From: Felis catus
Taxonomy: Eukaryota
Direction of reading: 5' to 3'
Assembly: GCF_018350175.1 (NCBI RefSeq)
Contig: NC_058368.1
Coordinates: forward strand, 149,546,001 to 149,610,000
Length of the DNA: 64,000 bases
This document shows, one piece after another, positions 25,803-38,817 of the stretch (the stretch's first letter is position 1; the number at the start of each line of letters is the position of its first letter). The position numbers were made by a program, and so were the translations under genes. The notes under the pieces are model-generated. The model was not told where the DNA came from. It was given only the letters and a program-made list of their open reading frames with translations, and made no database searches.

Positions 25803-25995
25803 CTGTTGGCCCATGGACTTGTAAAAATGTCTCATCAGATCCTCTGCCTGTTTTTTAGTCAGTTTGTTTTTTTTGATGTTGAGTTGTATATTAACTCCTT
25901 ATATATCTTTTGTAAATACCTTCTCTGATTTAGTAGGTTGCCTTCTTGTTTTGTTGGTGGCTTCTTTTGCTGTGCAAAAGCTTTTTATTTTGATG
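25803..25995 (-). mobile_element. L1 ORF2 segment, opposite orientation to the adjacent L1 block
   Basis: Reverse complement begins catcaaaataaaaagcttttgcacagcaaaagaa, the L1 sequence that follows the end of the 25993-28233 block. Confidence 0.85.
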
Positions 25996-28233
25996 GGTCA
26001 ATGAGGAAATCAAAGAAGAAATAAAAGAAAATACATGGAAGCAAATGAAAATGCAAACACAATGGTCTAAAATCATTGGGACACAGCAAAAGCAGTTTTA
26101 AGAGGGAAATACATAGTGATACAGGCCTACTTCAAGAAACAAGAAAAACCTCAAATAATCTAATCTACACCTAAACAAATTGTGAAAAGAACAAAACCCA
26201 AGGTGAGTAGAAAGAAGAAAATAACAAAGAGTAGAAATAAATGACAGAGAGACTAAAAAAAAAAAATAGAAAATATCAATGAAACTAAGAGGTAAGTCTT
26301 TGAAAAGATAAACAAAATTAATAAACCTTTGTCCAGACTCACCAAGAAAAAAAGAAAAAGGACCCAAATACAATAAAAAAAGGAGGAGAAGTAACAACTG
26401 ACACCATAGAAATACAAAGAATTATAAGAGAATACTATAAAAGATTATATGCTAACATACTGAACAAACTTAGAAGAAATATATAATTTCCTAGAAATAT
26501 ACTCTTCCAAAACTGTACCAAAAAGAAATAGAATATCTTAACATACCAATTACTAGCAATAAAATTGAATCAGTAATCAAAAAAAATCAAAAAACTAAAA
26601 GACCAGGACCAGATGGATTCATAGTTGAATTCTATGAACATTTAAAGAAGAGTCAATACAACTATTCTCCTCAAGCTATTACAAAAATAGAAGAGGAAGG
26701 TAAGCTTTCAAACACATTCTGTGAGGCCAGGATTACCCTGATATCAAAACCAGACAAAGGCACCACAAAAAAAAAAAAAAAAAAAGAAAGCTACAGCCCA
26801 ACATTACTGATGAACATAAGATACAAAAATTCTCAACAAAATATTAGCAAACTGCACTTTACAATACATTAAAAGACTCATTCCCTAGGAATAAGTGGAA
26901 CTTATTCCAGAGATGCAAGGATGGTTTAGTATTCATAAAATAATCAACATGATACACTACATCAGTGAAACAAAGGATGAAAACCAAATGATGTTTTCAG
27001 TAGATTAAGAAAAAGCATTTGACAAAGTACAACATCCATTCAACAAAGTAGTTTTAGAGGGAATATACACCAACATAATAAAGGCCATAGATGAAAAACC
27101 CAGAGCAGACATCATAGTTAATAGTGAAAAACTAGAGCTTTTCCTCTAAGATCAGAAACAAGATAATGTCCACTCACCACTTTTATTCAACATAGTACTG
27201 GAAATCCTAGGCACAGCAATCAGACAAAAAAAAGAAATAAGTCATACATATTGGTAAAGAAGTTAAACTGTCATTAATTACAGATGACATGATACTATGC
27301 ATAAAAAACCCTAAAGATTCCACACACCAAAAAAAACTATTAAAGGTAATAAATTCAGTAAAGTTGCAGGATATAAAATTAATGCCCAGAAATTGGTGGC
27401 ATTTCTATACACTGAAAATGAACAAGCAGGAAGATAAATTAAGAAAACAATCCCATTTACAATTGCACCAAAAAGAATAAAATGTCTAAGAATAAACTTA
27501 ACCAATGGGAAAGACCTGTACTCTGAAAAATATAAAGCATTGGTGAAAGAAATTCAAGATGACATAAACAGAGAGATATTCCATGTTCATGGATTAGAAT
27601 TAATATTGTTAAAATGTCCATACTATGGAAATCAATATACAGATCCAATGTAATGCTTATAAAAATACCAAAAGCATTTTACACAAAATCAGAACAAAAT
27701 AATAATAAAATTTTCATGGAACCACACAAAACCCTGATAGCCAAAGCTAAACCACAAAAAAACTTGAAGAGAAAAAAAACTGGAGAAAGAAAGAACAAAA
27801 CTGGAGACATCACAATTCCAGATTTAAAGATATACTGCAAAGCTGTAGTAATCAAAGCAGTATGATACTGGCACAAAAGCAGACATGTAGATCACTGGAA
27901 CAGAATGGAGTCCAGAATATAAAGCCATGCTTTTATGGTCAATTAATCCATGGCAAAGAAGATAAGAATATACAAAATGAAAAAGTCACTTCAACAAATG
28001 GTGTTGGAAATACTGGACATCTACGTGCAACAGAATGATGTACCACTTTCTTACACAAATAAACTCAAAATGGATTACAAACCTAAACATGAGAACTAAA
28101 ACCACAAAAATCCTAGAGGAGAACACAGGTAGTAATGTGTCTCACATCAACCATAGCAACATTTTTCTAAATATGTCTCTGAAGGCCAGGCAAACAGCAG
28201 CAAAAATAAACTATTGGGATTATATCAAAATAA
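25993..28233 (+). mobile_element. L1 ORF2 (late EN, Z and RT region), decayed carnivore-type L1
   Basis: gaccaggaccagatggattcatagttgaattcta; aaaagcatttgacaaagtacaacatccatt; ttacagatgacatgatacta (FADD region). ORF track MILCIKNPKDS and DITIPDLKIYCKAVVIK. Confidence 0.95.
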
Positions 28234-28295
28234 TTCTTGTTTTAAAGCACAAAGTTTTGGCATAGTTTGTTACATAGCCATACATAATTGATACC
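28228..28295 (+). mobile_element. MLT1 LTR 3' terminus (orphan)
   Basis: aataattcttgttttaaagcacaaagttttggcatagtttgttacatagcc..aattgatac resembles a MaLR LTR end. Confidence 0.6.
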
Positions 28296-28794
28296 ATAGT
28301 CCTACTTTGGCAAATCTGATGTGTTGAGCTGAAAGGCTAGACTCAATTTTAGATTTTTCTAACTACTCTCTTCTTCATTGAGAATTTCCAGTGCTGGGCA
28401 AGCTGGCTTATACTCTCTCCCATTTTCTTCCCACCTCCAGCTCTATTAACCATACAGGGAGCATCATACATGTGTGGGATCCTAGCCTGCTTACTCAAGC
28501 TGCTTTCATACTCCTTAAGTGCTTGTGGGAAAGGGAATTCTCTGAAGGGAATTTACTTAAGGTATTGCAAGCAGGCCCAGGGCTATTCAGGGAATTCTGA
28601 AGTCTTGGGTAGCCAGGTTTAGAAGGAGAGGGTTCTGGTTAAGCAAGTCCTCTTGGCCTGTGGGCTCTTCATTTCACATGGAATGGCATGACCAGAGGAG
28701 AGTCAGAACAAACCTACTAAAGCATTTTGGTTTCAAAAGAATCACTGGTCAAATAGATTGGACTATTTCAAAGACTTGTTTTATGTTTTTCAAT

Positions 28795-29500
28795 ATCTTC
28801 TCTTCCATTCTCTAGTTCTTATATAGCAGTAAAATTTTTAATGATCATGGTCACTCAGCTGATGGCTACATTTCCTAGTCTCCTTTGCAGCTAAGTATGG
28901 TAATGCGACTAAGTAAACGGAGGTGGTGTGTGCAAATTGTGGGTCATGGTATTAAGCTGATAACATACTTCCCTTTCTCCTTCTCCTTCTGCTATTGGCT
29001 TTATGGGAACGTAATGGCAGGAATGAGAGCAGTCATCTTATACCGCTGGTGGGACCACAAGAGTGACTAATTAGAAGGGGTTGCCGTACCTGGGGCGCCT
29101 GGGTGGCGCAGTCGGTTAAGCGTCCGACTTCAGCCAGGTCACAATCTCGCGGTCCATGAGTTCGAGCCCCGCGTCGGGCTCTGGGCTGATGGCTCAGAGC
29201 CTGGAGCCTGTTTCTGATTCTGTGTCTCCCTCTCTCTCTGCCCCTCCCCCGTCCATGCTCTGTCTCTCTCTGTCCCAAAAATAAATAAACGTTGAAAAAA
29301 TAAAAAATAAATAAATAAATAAATAAAAAAAGAAGGGGTTGCTGTACCTAATGATTGTTGAGCCACCCTATGAGCCTTAAAATACCTAACCAGATTTTTC
29401 TATTGGAGAGAGGTTAAACTTCTTTTTTTTTTTTTTTTTTTTAGGCCAATGTTATTTTAGTTTAAATCTGTACACTACTGTGGAATCATCTTTGTAATTA
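28795..29500 (+). mobile_element. MLT1-type MaLR LTR containing a young SINE
   Basis: ctacatttcctagtctcctttgcagctaagtatggtaatgcgactaag; gtaatggcaggaatgagagcagtcatctt. Confidence 0.65.
29092..29330 (+). mobile_element. Young CpG-rich SINEC_Fc
   Basis: TSD agaaggggttgc(c/t)gtacct at 29073-29091 and 29331-29349. Confidence 0.95.
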
Positions 29501-29505
29501 TATAA

Positions 29506-29664
29506 TTTTTTTTCATTTATTTATTTTGAGAGACAGAGACAGAATCCCACCGAGGCTCCATGCTCAAACTGGAGCCCAACTTGGGGCTCCATTCCATGAC
29601 TGCAAGATCACAACCTGGGCAGATTTCAAGAGTCAGAAGCTCAACTGAGCCACCCAGGTGCCCC
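29506..29664 (-). mobile_element. CAN-SINE (short, older)
   Basis: Ends tgagccacccaggtgcccc. Flanked by aattatataa direct repeats. Confidence 0.9.
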
Positions 29665-29699
29665 TACAATTATATAACTTAATTAAATTCTGCATTAAT

Positions 29700-30110
29700 T
29701 GAAAAATATAAGTATGAAAAGAAAGTTGTCATATGCAAATTAAGTTAACTACTTTGTAAAGACTCCATAAAGTCTAGGACCAAAAAAGAAAAAAAAAAAG
29801 AAGTCATTGAATTAGGTGAGAGTGAAACTATTATAAAAATTTAAGGGAGACAAGGGAATCATAAAAATATAGTATGATTCTGCACTCAACTTCATAAGAA
29901 TCTTTAAATTTTTTCTACGTATTAAAGATCCTGAGACACTGAAACTAAAGCTTTTAAAGATGGATTATATGTATGGCTTATTCATTCTACACCTAAATAT
30001 TGACTAATAAATGCACATTTATATGTTTTAAGTTAAACACATGTTTGAAGTACTCCTGCCTTTAAATAACTTTTGATTAGCCAACTCTCTACAGGGCCCA
30101 AACACATAGG
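29700..30110 (+). mobile_element. Tigger/pogo-derived DNA transposon fragment (Tigger13-like)
   Basis: Decayed CENP-B-type DNA-binding region: KKVV ... IELGESETIIK ... KDGLYVWLI. Confidence 0.55.
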
Positions 30111-30199
30111 AAGGCTTTGATTATATGTAATTACACATACAGAAATTGCATCATAAATAATACATTCTTTCTTATTGGAGACTGGAGATTTGGTCACTC

Positions 30200-30720
30200 T
30201 GAAGTAACTATTTTAGGGTCTTCATACAATTTCAAATACCTCTAATTATAGATTAATATTTGGGCAAGGCAGACTATAGAAAAGGTTTTCAGGCTCCTTT
30301 ATAAAATGCTTTCTTAATAAGGTTGATTTCTGTTTGTTAAAAGCAGTTGATATATGCTAGTATTTTATTCTCCTATTATCAAATAGTTCTAATCTGATAT
30401 ATTCATTGCCTTTTAATGTAACTTGAACTTCCTCTGTGTTTAAAGATTTGAGAAAAGAAATCTCTCATTTTCCACAATTAAGAACAAAACCAGTGTTATC
30501 TCTCCACTATTTCCTTTTTCTCTCCAGCATATATTTTCTAATTTTATCTTTACAGTCCCCATTCAATCCTGTAACCCTCTCTGAGTTTGATGTATATAAA
30601 TAATCTCTAACAAATGCATTTAGAATATTAGGATGTACTCCCTAAATTCCTTTTCAGTTTTCCTAATTTCTAGGTGGTATTTAACCAAGGACATTTTGTA
30701 AACACTATTCCCCATAGTAT
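30200..30720 (-). mobile_element. Ancient RTE-clade LINE relic, endonuclease N-terminus
   Basis: EKEFREY..NIL; IYAGEKK..NTGFVLN; GNEYIRLEL..HISTAF. Confidence 0.45.
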
Positions 30721-30903
30721 GTCAGAGTATTAAAACTTTTAAAATCCTGTTTCTTCCTTAAGACACACAGATTGAAGGATGTAACATAGGGATTTGGGGG
30801 CACATATCTGAAACATGAATATTCTTAGATGGCATTTTCTAGAGAGAAAATACAAACATTTTGAGTTGGGAAATAAGTCCTTTCAAAAAATAAAAGCTGT
30901 CTT

Positions 30904-31000
30904 GGGACTCCTGGCTGTCTTAGTCAGCACTGCATGTGACTCTTGATCTTGGGGTTATAAGTTTATTGGGTGAAGATATTACTTAAAAATAAAATCTGTT
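30904..31000 (+). mobile_element. Short old tRNA-derived carnivore SINE
   Basis: gggactcctggctgtcttagtcag..catgtgactcttgatcttggggtt..attacttaaaaataaaatct. Confidence 0.8.
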
Positions 31001-31112
31001 TACAAAAATAAAAAAATAAATAAAGGCCATCTTCTCCTTAAGGCCAAAGAGATCTTCCAAAAATGTGTTTTGAAATGATTTTCAGATTTTTTTAAAAAAA
31101 TAGGTAATTGTT

Positions 31113-31328
31113 GGGGCGCCTGGGTGGCGCAGTTGGTTAAGCGTCGGACTTCAGCCAGGTCACGATCTCGCGGTCCGTGAGTTCGAGCCCCGCGTCGGGC
31201 TCTGGGCTGATGGCTCAGAGCCTGGAGCCTGTTTCCGATTCTGTGTCTCCCTCTCTCTCTGCCCCTCCCCCGTTCATGCTCTGTCTCTCTCTGTCCCAAA
31301 AATAAATAAACGTTGAAAAAAAATTAAA
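31113..31328 (+). mobile_element. Young CpG-rich SINEC_Fc
   Basis: Perfect TSD aaaaaaataggtaattgtt at 31094-31112 and 31329-31347. Confidence 0.95.
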
Positions 31329-31349
31329 AAAAAAATAGGTAATTGTTGT

Positions 31350-31560
31350 TTTAAAAAAAATCCCTTTCTATATTCATATCTAACACTGACAGCTAATCGT
31401 TTCTTTTGTAAAATTAACCATGTGGTGGATTTATTTAGCTTGATGAACTTAAACATGTTTTAATCGCTATTATGGAAATTCCTTCACATTCTTTGCTTCT
31501 GTCCTTGATCCCCAGTCTTATGTAGACTAAGTCTGCTTTACTCCCTTTCTTGTATATCCT
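31350..31560 (-). mobile_element. Short RTE-like RT N-terminal fragment
   Basis: IYKKGSKAD ... EGISII (cf. PIYKKGD..C.NYRGISLL). Confidence 0.4.
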
Positions 31561-31784
31561 GAAGCCCAGGGGCAAGAATAGTCTAAAAACTCTGGAATAC
31601 CAAGTTATATCCCTAACACTATTTCTTAATTTAGGGTGCAGAGGAGGGAGAAACAGGAAGTAACATTGTAAAGGAGCTAAGAATGTATTGCTTTAGATCC
31701 CTAACATAAACTTTATGTGACTATAATTCTTCAACCCTTTAAATTACCCAGTCCTTACTTCTTTAGCATTCATTTTTAGTTGTG

Positions 31785-32030
31785 AGAAGCAGTATAGCAT
31801 AGTAATTAAGGGCATAAGTTCTAAGATGAGACCATCTGGGTATAAATCCTCGATCATTCACTTGCTACTTGTGTGATGTTGAGTGAATTATTTAATTGTT
31901 CCAGTCCTCAGTGAATGGCTTAGTACTAACCACTTCTCAACTATTTTGTGTAAATAAAAAAATATGTGTGATATATTCAGCTTAGCACCTGGAATGCAAT
32001 AAGTGCTCAGTGAATGCCAGTATTTTATAT
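31785..32030 (+). mobile_element. MIR, near full length
   Basis: Head gcagtatagcatagtaattaagggca..ctgggtataaatcct, tail ttagcacctggaatgcaataagtgctcagtgaatg. Confidence 0.8.
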
Positions 32031-32908
32031 TGTAAAAAAACATAATTCAGAAGCTCTTAATTAATTCTAAATATTATTCAGAAAAAAATGATTATAAAAG
32101 AATAGCCTATAAAGGATAATTATAATCATGCCAGTTCAGAGATATATATGAATGTTTGAAGGGCCAGAGTAAAATTAATAGTTCTCATGGTGAGGCTTTA
32201 TGCAAATTCATTTATTTAATGAAAGTTCTTTAAAGTTTTGTCATATAAAAGTTAGAATCCAGTTGTCCACTGTATGTCTCAGTAATATGTTTACTTATTA
32301 AATTATCTGACTCATTTTTCTTGGTACAACATAAGTACTTGACAGAAGAGCTAAGTGGGGGAAATCTATTAGAAATCCCACTCTAGGGGTTTATTGAGAC
32401 ACTGCCATTGATCTGTGTTTGATGTCCATTTGCAGAAAATATTGTAATAACCGGCAAAATATGGCAGTAAGGAAAAAATGAGTATATGGAAAGAAAAAAA
32501 TGGATAAAAAGATGTTTTGACAAAGAGCAGAGGAGAGGGGAGTTCTTCATGCTAGTGTGTGTAACCTTACTTCCAGGGAGAGCACTGGTCAGCCCTGAAG
32601 AGCATTGGCTTCTAGACCTTTTCAGATCCGGAGCTGCAGGATTAGCTTCCAGTCTTTCTTCCCACCTCACAGAAACCTGTCTGGACATCTCCCAGACAGA
32701 ATCATGCTTCTAGCAGAATCCTGAGGAATCTCTCCTCTCATTTGAGGAGTAATGAGGCTGTACTTAAAAGGGAAACATGTAAATTTTTTTTTCCCAGAAA
32801 CATTCAAAAGAAGTGGAATATTACATAAGTGATCCCATGTGAAGAAATAGATTAATAAGAGCAGTAGAATGGGAAAGCTTTCTTGTTGGGAGAAGTCACT
32901 GAAAAGAT

Positions 32909-33255
32909 GTGACCACTGGTTGACCTGTGAGCTAGATCAGGTGGTAGGAGGCTCCTCACCCCACCCATGTCCTTAGAATGTGGGTTCCACTTGCCTTCCC
33001 TGCTCCCAAATGATGCTCCAAGGATTTAGCCTTGTGATAGTGAAATGGTGTTGAGAACACCTGCACAGTATACATGACTGCACCCAGGTAAGGCCTCCAT
33101 ATAAACTCTTAAGATGTAGCAGGCCTATGTGGGTCAGTTTATCCCACCGCCACCCAAGATTAGCCTCATATGTAAGTTCCCTTTGCTTATTAAAACCTGC
33201 CACCTGCCACCTACCACTCTTGAGTAGCCTGCGCTTGCTTCCTGCTGGTTTCACA
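32909..33255 (+). mobile_element. ERVL-type solo LTR
   Basis: TG...CA ends (tgtgacc ... tttcaca), catataaa TATA-like box at ~33098, attaaa polyA signal at ~33189. Confidence 0.7.
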
Positions 33256-33619
33256 TTATACCCAGGAAGCTCTGGAGGGGGTTAGGAGCTAACATTTATG
33301 TACAAAGAATGTTGAACTTCAGAGTCCATAAATAGTTTCAACAGACCTAAGTGAAATTCACCATGACTGTGCCTATAAATAGGTTTTCCAAGATACATTA
33401 TCTTAAAGTTCTAAAGTTGTTTTCACATTTTTAAATGCCCCTACTTGAAAATAGTTCAAATGGAGTTACAGGACATTAACAGTATTTAAAGAAATACCTT
33501 TAGGCATCTTCTGTATTTTGAAAAGCACCATTATAAAAGCAAAACAATTGATAGCACCTTTGCAAATTATTTTTATTTATAAATGAAAGCATCTGTAACA
33601 CTTAATTTCATATTTTAAC

Positions 33620-34150
33620 CACAATTATAGTGAACGTGTAAGTTTGAGACAAGACCAGCAAAGCCTAACAGAATAAGCTCAGATTTTAGGATTATGAATA
33701 AATGGAAATGAATGGAATATATATCTGGACATTAGTATATAGTTCGTCTAAATATCTATGCCTACGTCTATGTCCAATATAGAATACTTAACTGAAAATA
33801 AATCTATAAATTTTATTTTTAGTGAAAGCAAGAACAAGAAAGATTTGGAAACTAGGCTTCAGTCAAGCAGAAAAATTTATCAAAATGCCTCAGTTGCCGG
33901 TCTTCTGATGGTTCAGTCTGTATAACATGATATAATTATTATAGACATCCGTGGAATTCCTTATTCTATTTTCCCCTGTTCATTTGGAAGTATCTGAAAA
34001 CCTTTAAGCCATATCCAGAGATATGTAGTTGATGAATACTGAAATGATGCTGGAGAGGAAATAAAGCCCAAAATCTTTGCCCATTCACTATTTAACAAAA
34101 CCTAAAACAGTATCAGAGAAACAGATAATTATCTGTAGGGCTTGTGTGTT
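33620..34150 (+). mobile_element. Ancient RTE-clade LINE relic, thumb/C-terminus
   Basis: KYLC..INL*I; RKIWKLGFS; KIYQNASVAGLL.GS..T*YNYYRH; MNTEMMLERK. Confidence 0.55.
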
Positions 34151-35763
34151 TTTCATTGCTTTTCTTCTGAAGTGACTGTTCCAAACAGGCAAAGCAATCA
34201 AAGAAAGGGCTAGTAGATAACAAGAAGAGTGAGTTCAGAGACTTTGCTTTTGTTTCTGAAAGTCAACCATTTGATTCTTCAAGTTCAGTTTCCTCCAAAT
34301 CATTATTATTCCATTTGCTATAGTTATTGGCCATAGAGTATGATTTAACAAACAATTCCTGAAACTCCATTTAAAATGCAGGGATCTATTCCTGCTTCCT
34401 CCAATAGAAACTATTTTAGACACATTTTTCTTTGAATTTCCTTAACTAAATGTAAAGTGCTTGCCCCCTCTTCTGTTCTTCAAAACTTTTTGACAAATAT
34501 ACTGTCTTTGTCACACATTCTGATTAATTCAGTTACTGTGACTAGAAACTTGGGCTACTAAGCAACCTAATCACACAAAACATAGACTCAACTATACACT
34601 TTTTTCCTACCCATAATAAGATCACTCTTCTAATCAAATTATTTTCTTATCTTTTACTTCATGATATCCGTGTTGACATGTCTTTCATTATGGGGTTACT
34701 TTTGCATTTGAACATTGAAACTTTTGGGAAATGTGCTAAGAAAAAAAACAATTTTCCATTCAAAACTCTAAGATATCCTTTGTGTAACTCATCATCAGAA
34801 TGAAACTTTAAATGAAGACTTAAATATTAAAATGATTTGCTACTCATCATTAAAAATGATTCTTTAAATTAAAAATGATTCATTAAAAATGAAACTTTAA
34901 TATTTTATGGAAGTTACAGAAATTCTAAAGAATAGACTAAAAGCATAGATGTTATGTGTCCAGAATGTAAATTGGCAAAAGGAAGAATCATGTTTGCCTG
35001 AATGGTTTCTAGCCCAACTAGAAAATGCTAGCTGTGGCTTAGATTTAAGTATGCTTTAGTATCTCTACCAATTAATTTGAAATGAATAATACTTAGTTTA
35101 AATACAAGGGAGGGATGAATTAGAAAAATGAAATAGTTGTGCGTGTACTTCACCTTAAATATCTATAGATGGTGCCAGTATGACATTTAAAATCCCCTTA
35201 AAGTAACCTAATTATGAATGAACCCAAATTTCTTTATTTTCACAGCTCTGAAAAACTCAGGCTGTAATCAAGTAAATACAGTTTTAGTTTTTTATCACTG
35301 AGTCACAACCATTCTGTTAGATGTTGTAGGCTTCGGTCACCTTCTGTCTTAAGGGCACAGAAATGGATTCTTGCAGATTTGGCACCAAAAAAATCCCCAA
35401 AGTATCAAACCCCCAAATTAATTACACTTATTTATTATGTCTTTCCCACACACAGACCAAAGTAAAAGATCTCACTTCCTGTTTCTCAGCCCTCTAAGTG
35501 TAGACTGTAAATCCTGAGGCAAACTTGAGGATGAACTATCTCTTATTATTGATAAGGACCCTGAATCCCAAGGTGGTTATAATGTTCCCATCATCCCTCA
35601 GGTGGCTTCCTTTTGTTTATATTTTGTTTGTTTTCTTGTTTTTTACAAAGACTATTGGAAAGCTTGTTTAATTCTTCCTTCTTAAAAAAATTGAAGTTGC
35701 AAATTTCTGACTTGGACAATGCTAGCCAATACCTCAAATTGGTTTATTAAAAAGTAGAAAGCT

Positions 35764-35985
35764 GGGGGGGCACCTGGGTGGCGCAGTCGGTTAAGCGTCC
35801 GACTTCAGCCAGGTCACGATCTCGCGGTCCGTGAGTTCGAGCCCCGCGTCGGGCTCTGGACTGATGGCTCGGAGCCTGGAGCCTGTTTCCGATTCTGTGT
35901 CTCCCTCTCTCTCTGCCCCTCCCCCGTCCATGCTCTGTCTCTCTGTCCCAAAAATAAAAAATAAAAAAAAAAACGTTGAAAAAAA
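35764..35985 (+). mobile_element. Young CpG-rich SINEC_Fc
   Basis: Flanked by aaaaagtagaaagct at 35749-35763 and 35986-36000. Confidence 0.95.
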
Positions 35986-36000
35986 AAAAAGTAGAAAGCT

Positions 36001-36213
36001 GGAGTGGCTAGATGGCTCAGTCGATTAAGCATCTGACTCTTGTTTTCAGCTCAGTTCATGATCTCACAGTTCATGAATTTGAGCCCCTCTTCGGGTTCTG
36101 CGCTGTGTCAACATGGAGCCTGCTTAGAATTCTCTCTCCCTCTCTTTCTGCCCCTATCCCACTCATGCTTGTTTGCTCGCTCTCTCTCTCAAATAAATAA
36201 ATAAACTTAAAAA
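36001..36213 (+). mobile_element. Older CAN-SINE
   Basis: CpG-depleted body, flanked by aaaaagtagaaagct at 35986-36000 and 36214-36228. Confidence 0.95.
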
Positions 36214-37761
36214 AAAAAGTAGAAAGCTAATCTGTTCCCCAAAGCCTTATTATTTTCTTAAAAGAATTATTTCTTAATCCCATGGCGGTAGTGTAAAGGA
36301 TCCTACTCTGCTAGTTGTTAACCTAGATAAAACTAATATAATGAGGGAAAGTGACCACACAGCAACAAAATGTATATTAGAACTTGCTTTAAATGTGTTA
36401 ATGTTTCCAACAAGCATACAGAATAGCTCAAATGTTATTGTATTAAACCATCTGTCAGATGATACCTCGGCCTCCATAATTAGAGCACATGGTAAAAAAA
36501 AAAAAAGAAAAGAACATCATGTATTCTGCACACAAATTTCCAATCTTTCATCTGCTATGACAAACACAGTTTCACAAAGGGAAAAGACATGAGTATTGAT
36601 TCTTATAGCAGTGTAATTTCTTGGTCTCTGCTGAATGTAGTTTAGAATTAGTTTCCCTTCTCATAAATTCAAAGATTTTTAGCTCTGGCCTGCTTCTTTG
36701 AGGACTTTATACTACTTTGAGGACTTTATATTCCATTCATGAGATTTTTTTCCACTTTCTCCCCCAAATCACGTATATATAAACAATTTCTTCAATTGTG
36801 CAGAGAGAGGAAGGAAGATAAAGCTCTTCTATTTGAGGAATGAAATAAAATAGAATATCTTCAGTTATTAATACTGTATTAAAGGGAGATAGTGTTCATG
36901 GTTTTCAAGATATTCCCTCAAAGATAGATCTGTTCCAAATTGGTCAATCTTATATATTTTCAGAGCTATATATTTGTGGTACAAGTTACAAGTATGCAAC
37001 CTCTATTTGCTATTATTACTTACCTATGTGAAAATTATCATAATAAAAATAGAATACCCAGTTGTCTTTGGACAGCATACCTTATATGTCTTGCCCCCCC
37101 AAAAAAAATCTTTATAAAATTTAAAACTTGAATTGCTTCAAAGTTTTATTGATTTAATAACTGGCATTATATCAAAGTTATTAAGATAATTTTCAGCATA
37201 AATAGCTTTTATCCAGGAAACTGGACACTTAACAAATGGTCTTCGGTTTTACTTATCTTCTCATTAGGAGAGCTGGTTGCAACAGCTTTCTTTTTAAGCC
37301 TCCATCAGCTTTCTTTTTTACTACATAAGCACACAGGAAAAGGGGAAACTCAATAGTAAAGATAATGGCTTGCCATAAGCCCTGGAAACCAGGAACAAGA
37401 GCAGAGTTTTGTCATTTGTGTTGCAAAACCCCTTGAAGAAGTAAGCATAGCTATAATTTTTGGGTTCAACAGAATGAAACTGAAATTCTATCCTGATTTC
37501 TTTAGAAGTGATTACTGGACATTTTGCTAATAAATGCTGTATGTAGGCCATTTGAGGAACATTTATTAAATACTATAAGGAGTCTAATATGGAAGTTATC
37601 TATCTATACAGAAGTTAAATTACTTCATTTCACTGTGATAATGAAAAAACCAGCAAGTATTTTTAATAAATATATCATTGATAAGAGAGCAAGGAAAAAG
37701 TGTTCTCTTTCGGCTTCTTTGGTCTATTATGATTGTTAATCCACAAAAAAAGAAGTTATTC

Positions 37762-37971
37762 TTTTTCCAAATGTTTATTTATGTATTTTGAGAGAAACAG
37801 AGAGCATGAGCAGGGGAGGGGCAGAGAGAAGGGGAGAGAGAGAATCCCAAGCAAGCTCCACACTGTCATGCAGAGCCCCATGCAAGGTTCAATCTCACGA
37901 ACCCCTGAGATCATGACCTGAGCTGAAACCAAGAGTCAGACATTTAACTTAATGAGCCACGCAGGCACCCC
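37762..37971 (-). mobile_element. CAN-SINE followed by an (AAAAC)n tract at 37973-38036
   Basis: Reverse SINE ending gagccacgcaggcacccc. Confidence 0.9.
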
Positions 37972-38440
37972 TACAAAACAAACAAAACAAACAAGAAACA
38001 AAACAAAACAACAACAAAACAAAACAAAACAAAAACGTTTAAGTGAATTTCCTTTAGACAGCAATCAACTGTAACTCACCCTTAATCGCTATTGAATAGC
38101 AGCGGGCATGTGCTGCAGCCATTTTCATCTCTGTTTTAAAACCTTGTTACATTTTCTGGTAAGACATACAAGTACCCCCCTTTTTTTTCTTTTTCCTAAG
38201 AAATGCTGGTCAAAAGTAACTTGCATGGATTGTAAACTGCTAAGGGACACCTGGGTAACTATGTAAATCTCCAACAGTCTGAGTTTTACACTTGCTACAT
38301 TTCAGTAACTGATACATAGCTTATAAAAATGAGATGCTAGAAAGTTGGGACAGAGTATTTTGGAACAGTAGCATGGCATGACTTTGTGCTGTAATAATTT
38401 ATCTTTCCTCCTTAGAAAGAAAGAACTGTATAGACATAAG

Positions 38441-38590
38441 AACAATGTTTCTCAAATTTAATGAATATAAAAATTATCTGGGATGCTTGTTAAAAAACTT
38501 TAGATTCTTGATTTCCCCACGTACACTCAGAATGCAATGAATCAGAATGTTGGGGGCCAGAAGGTAATTCTAGAGCAGATGGCACAATAA
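38441..38590. mobile_element. MER5-like hAT-Charlie MITE
   Basis: caatgtttctcaaatttaatgaatataaaaattatctgggatgcttgttaaaa...tgaatcagaat. Confidence 0.7.
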
Positions 38591-38817
38591 GACTTTTTAC
38601 AATTTGAATTCCTAACCTTTCTACTGTCAAGACAACTACAGAAAGATGTTAATGTTATCTTTAGCAGCCTGGTCCAGTGGCTCCATGCTCCCGGCCCCTC
38701 GCAGATATAGCAGGGACACTTGAAGGCTATAACCCAGACCAAATGAGTTAGACTCTCTAGAGATGAATCTGATGACACATAGATCTACATATCCCTGGCT
38801 TAGAACAGTGCTGAGGA

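Larger units (their letters stand above)
35230..36620 (-). mobile_element. Ancient RTE-clade LINE relic, RT to thumb, split by a SINE pair
   Basis: ORF 36274..36477 MEAEVSSD..TF.. (region before GVKQG); CVWERHN and IFFGAKS at ~35450-35370. Confidence 0.4.

Noticed and set aside
36696..36730. Direct repeat ctttgaggactttata x2 (similar short duplications at ~18833, ~21600, ~54096, ~62610)
   Set aside because: These are ordinary slippage duplications. There is no repeat-spacer periodicity, so they are not CRISPR-like.
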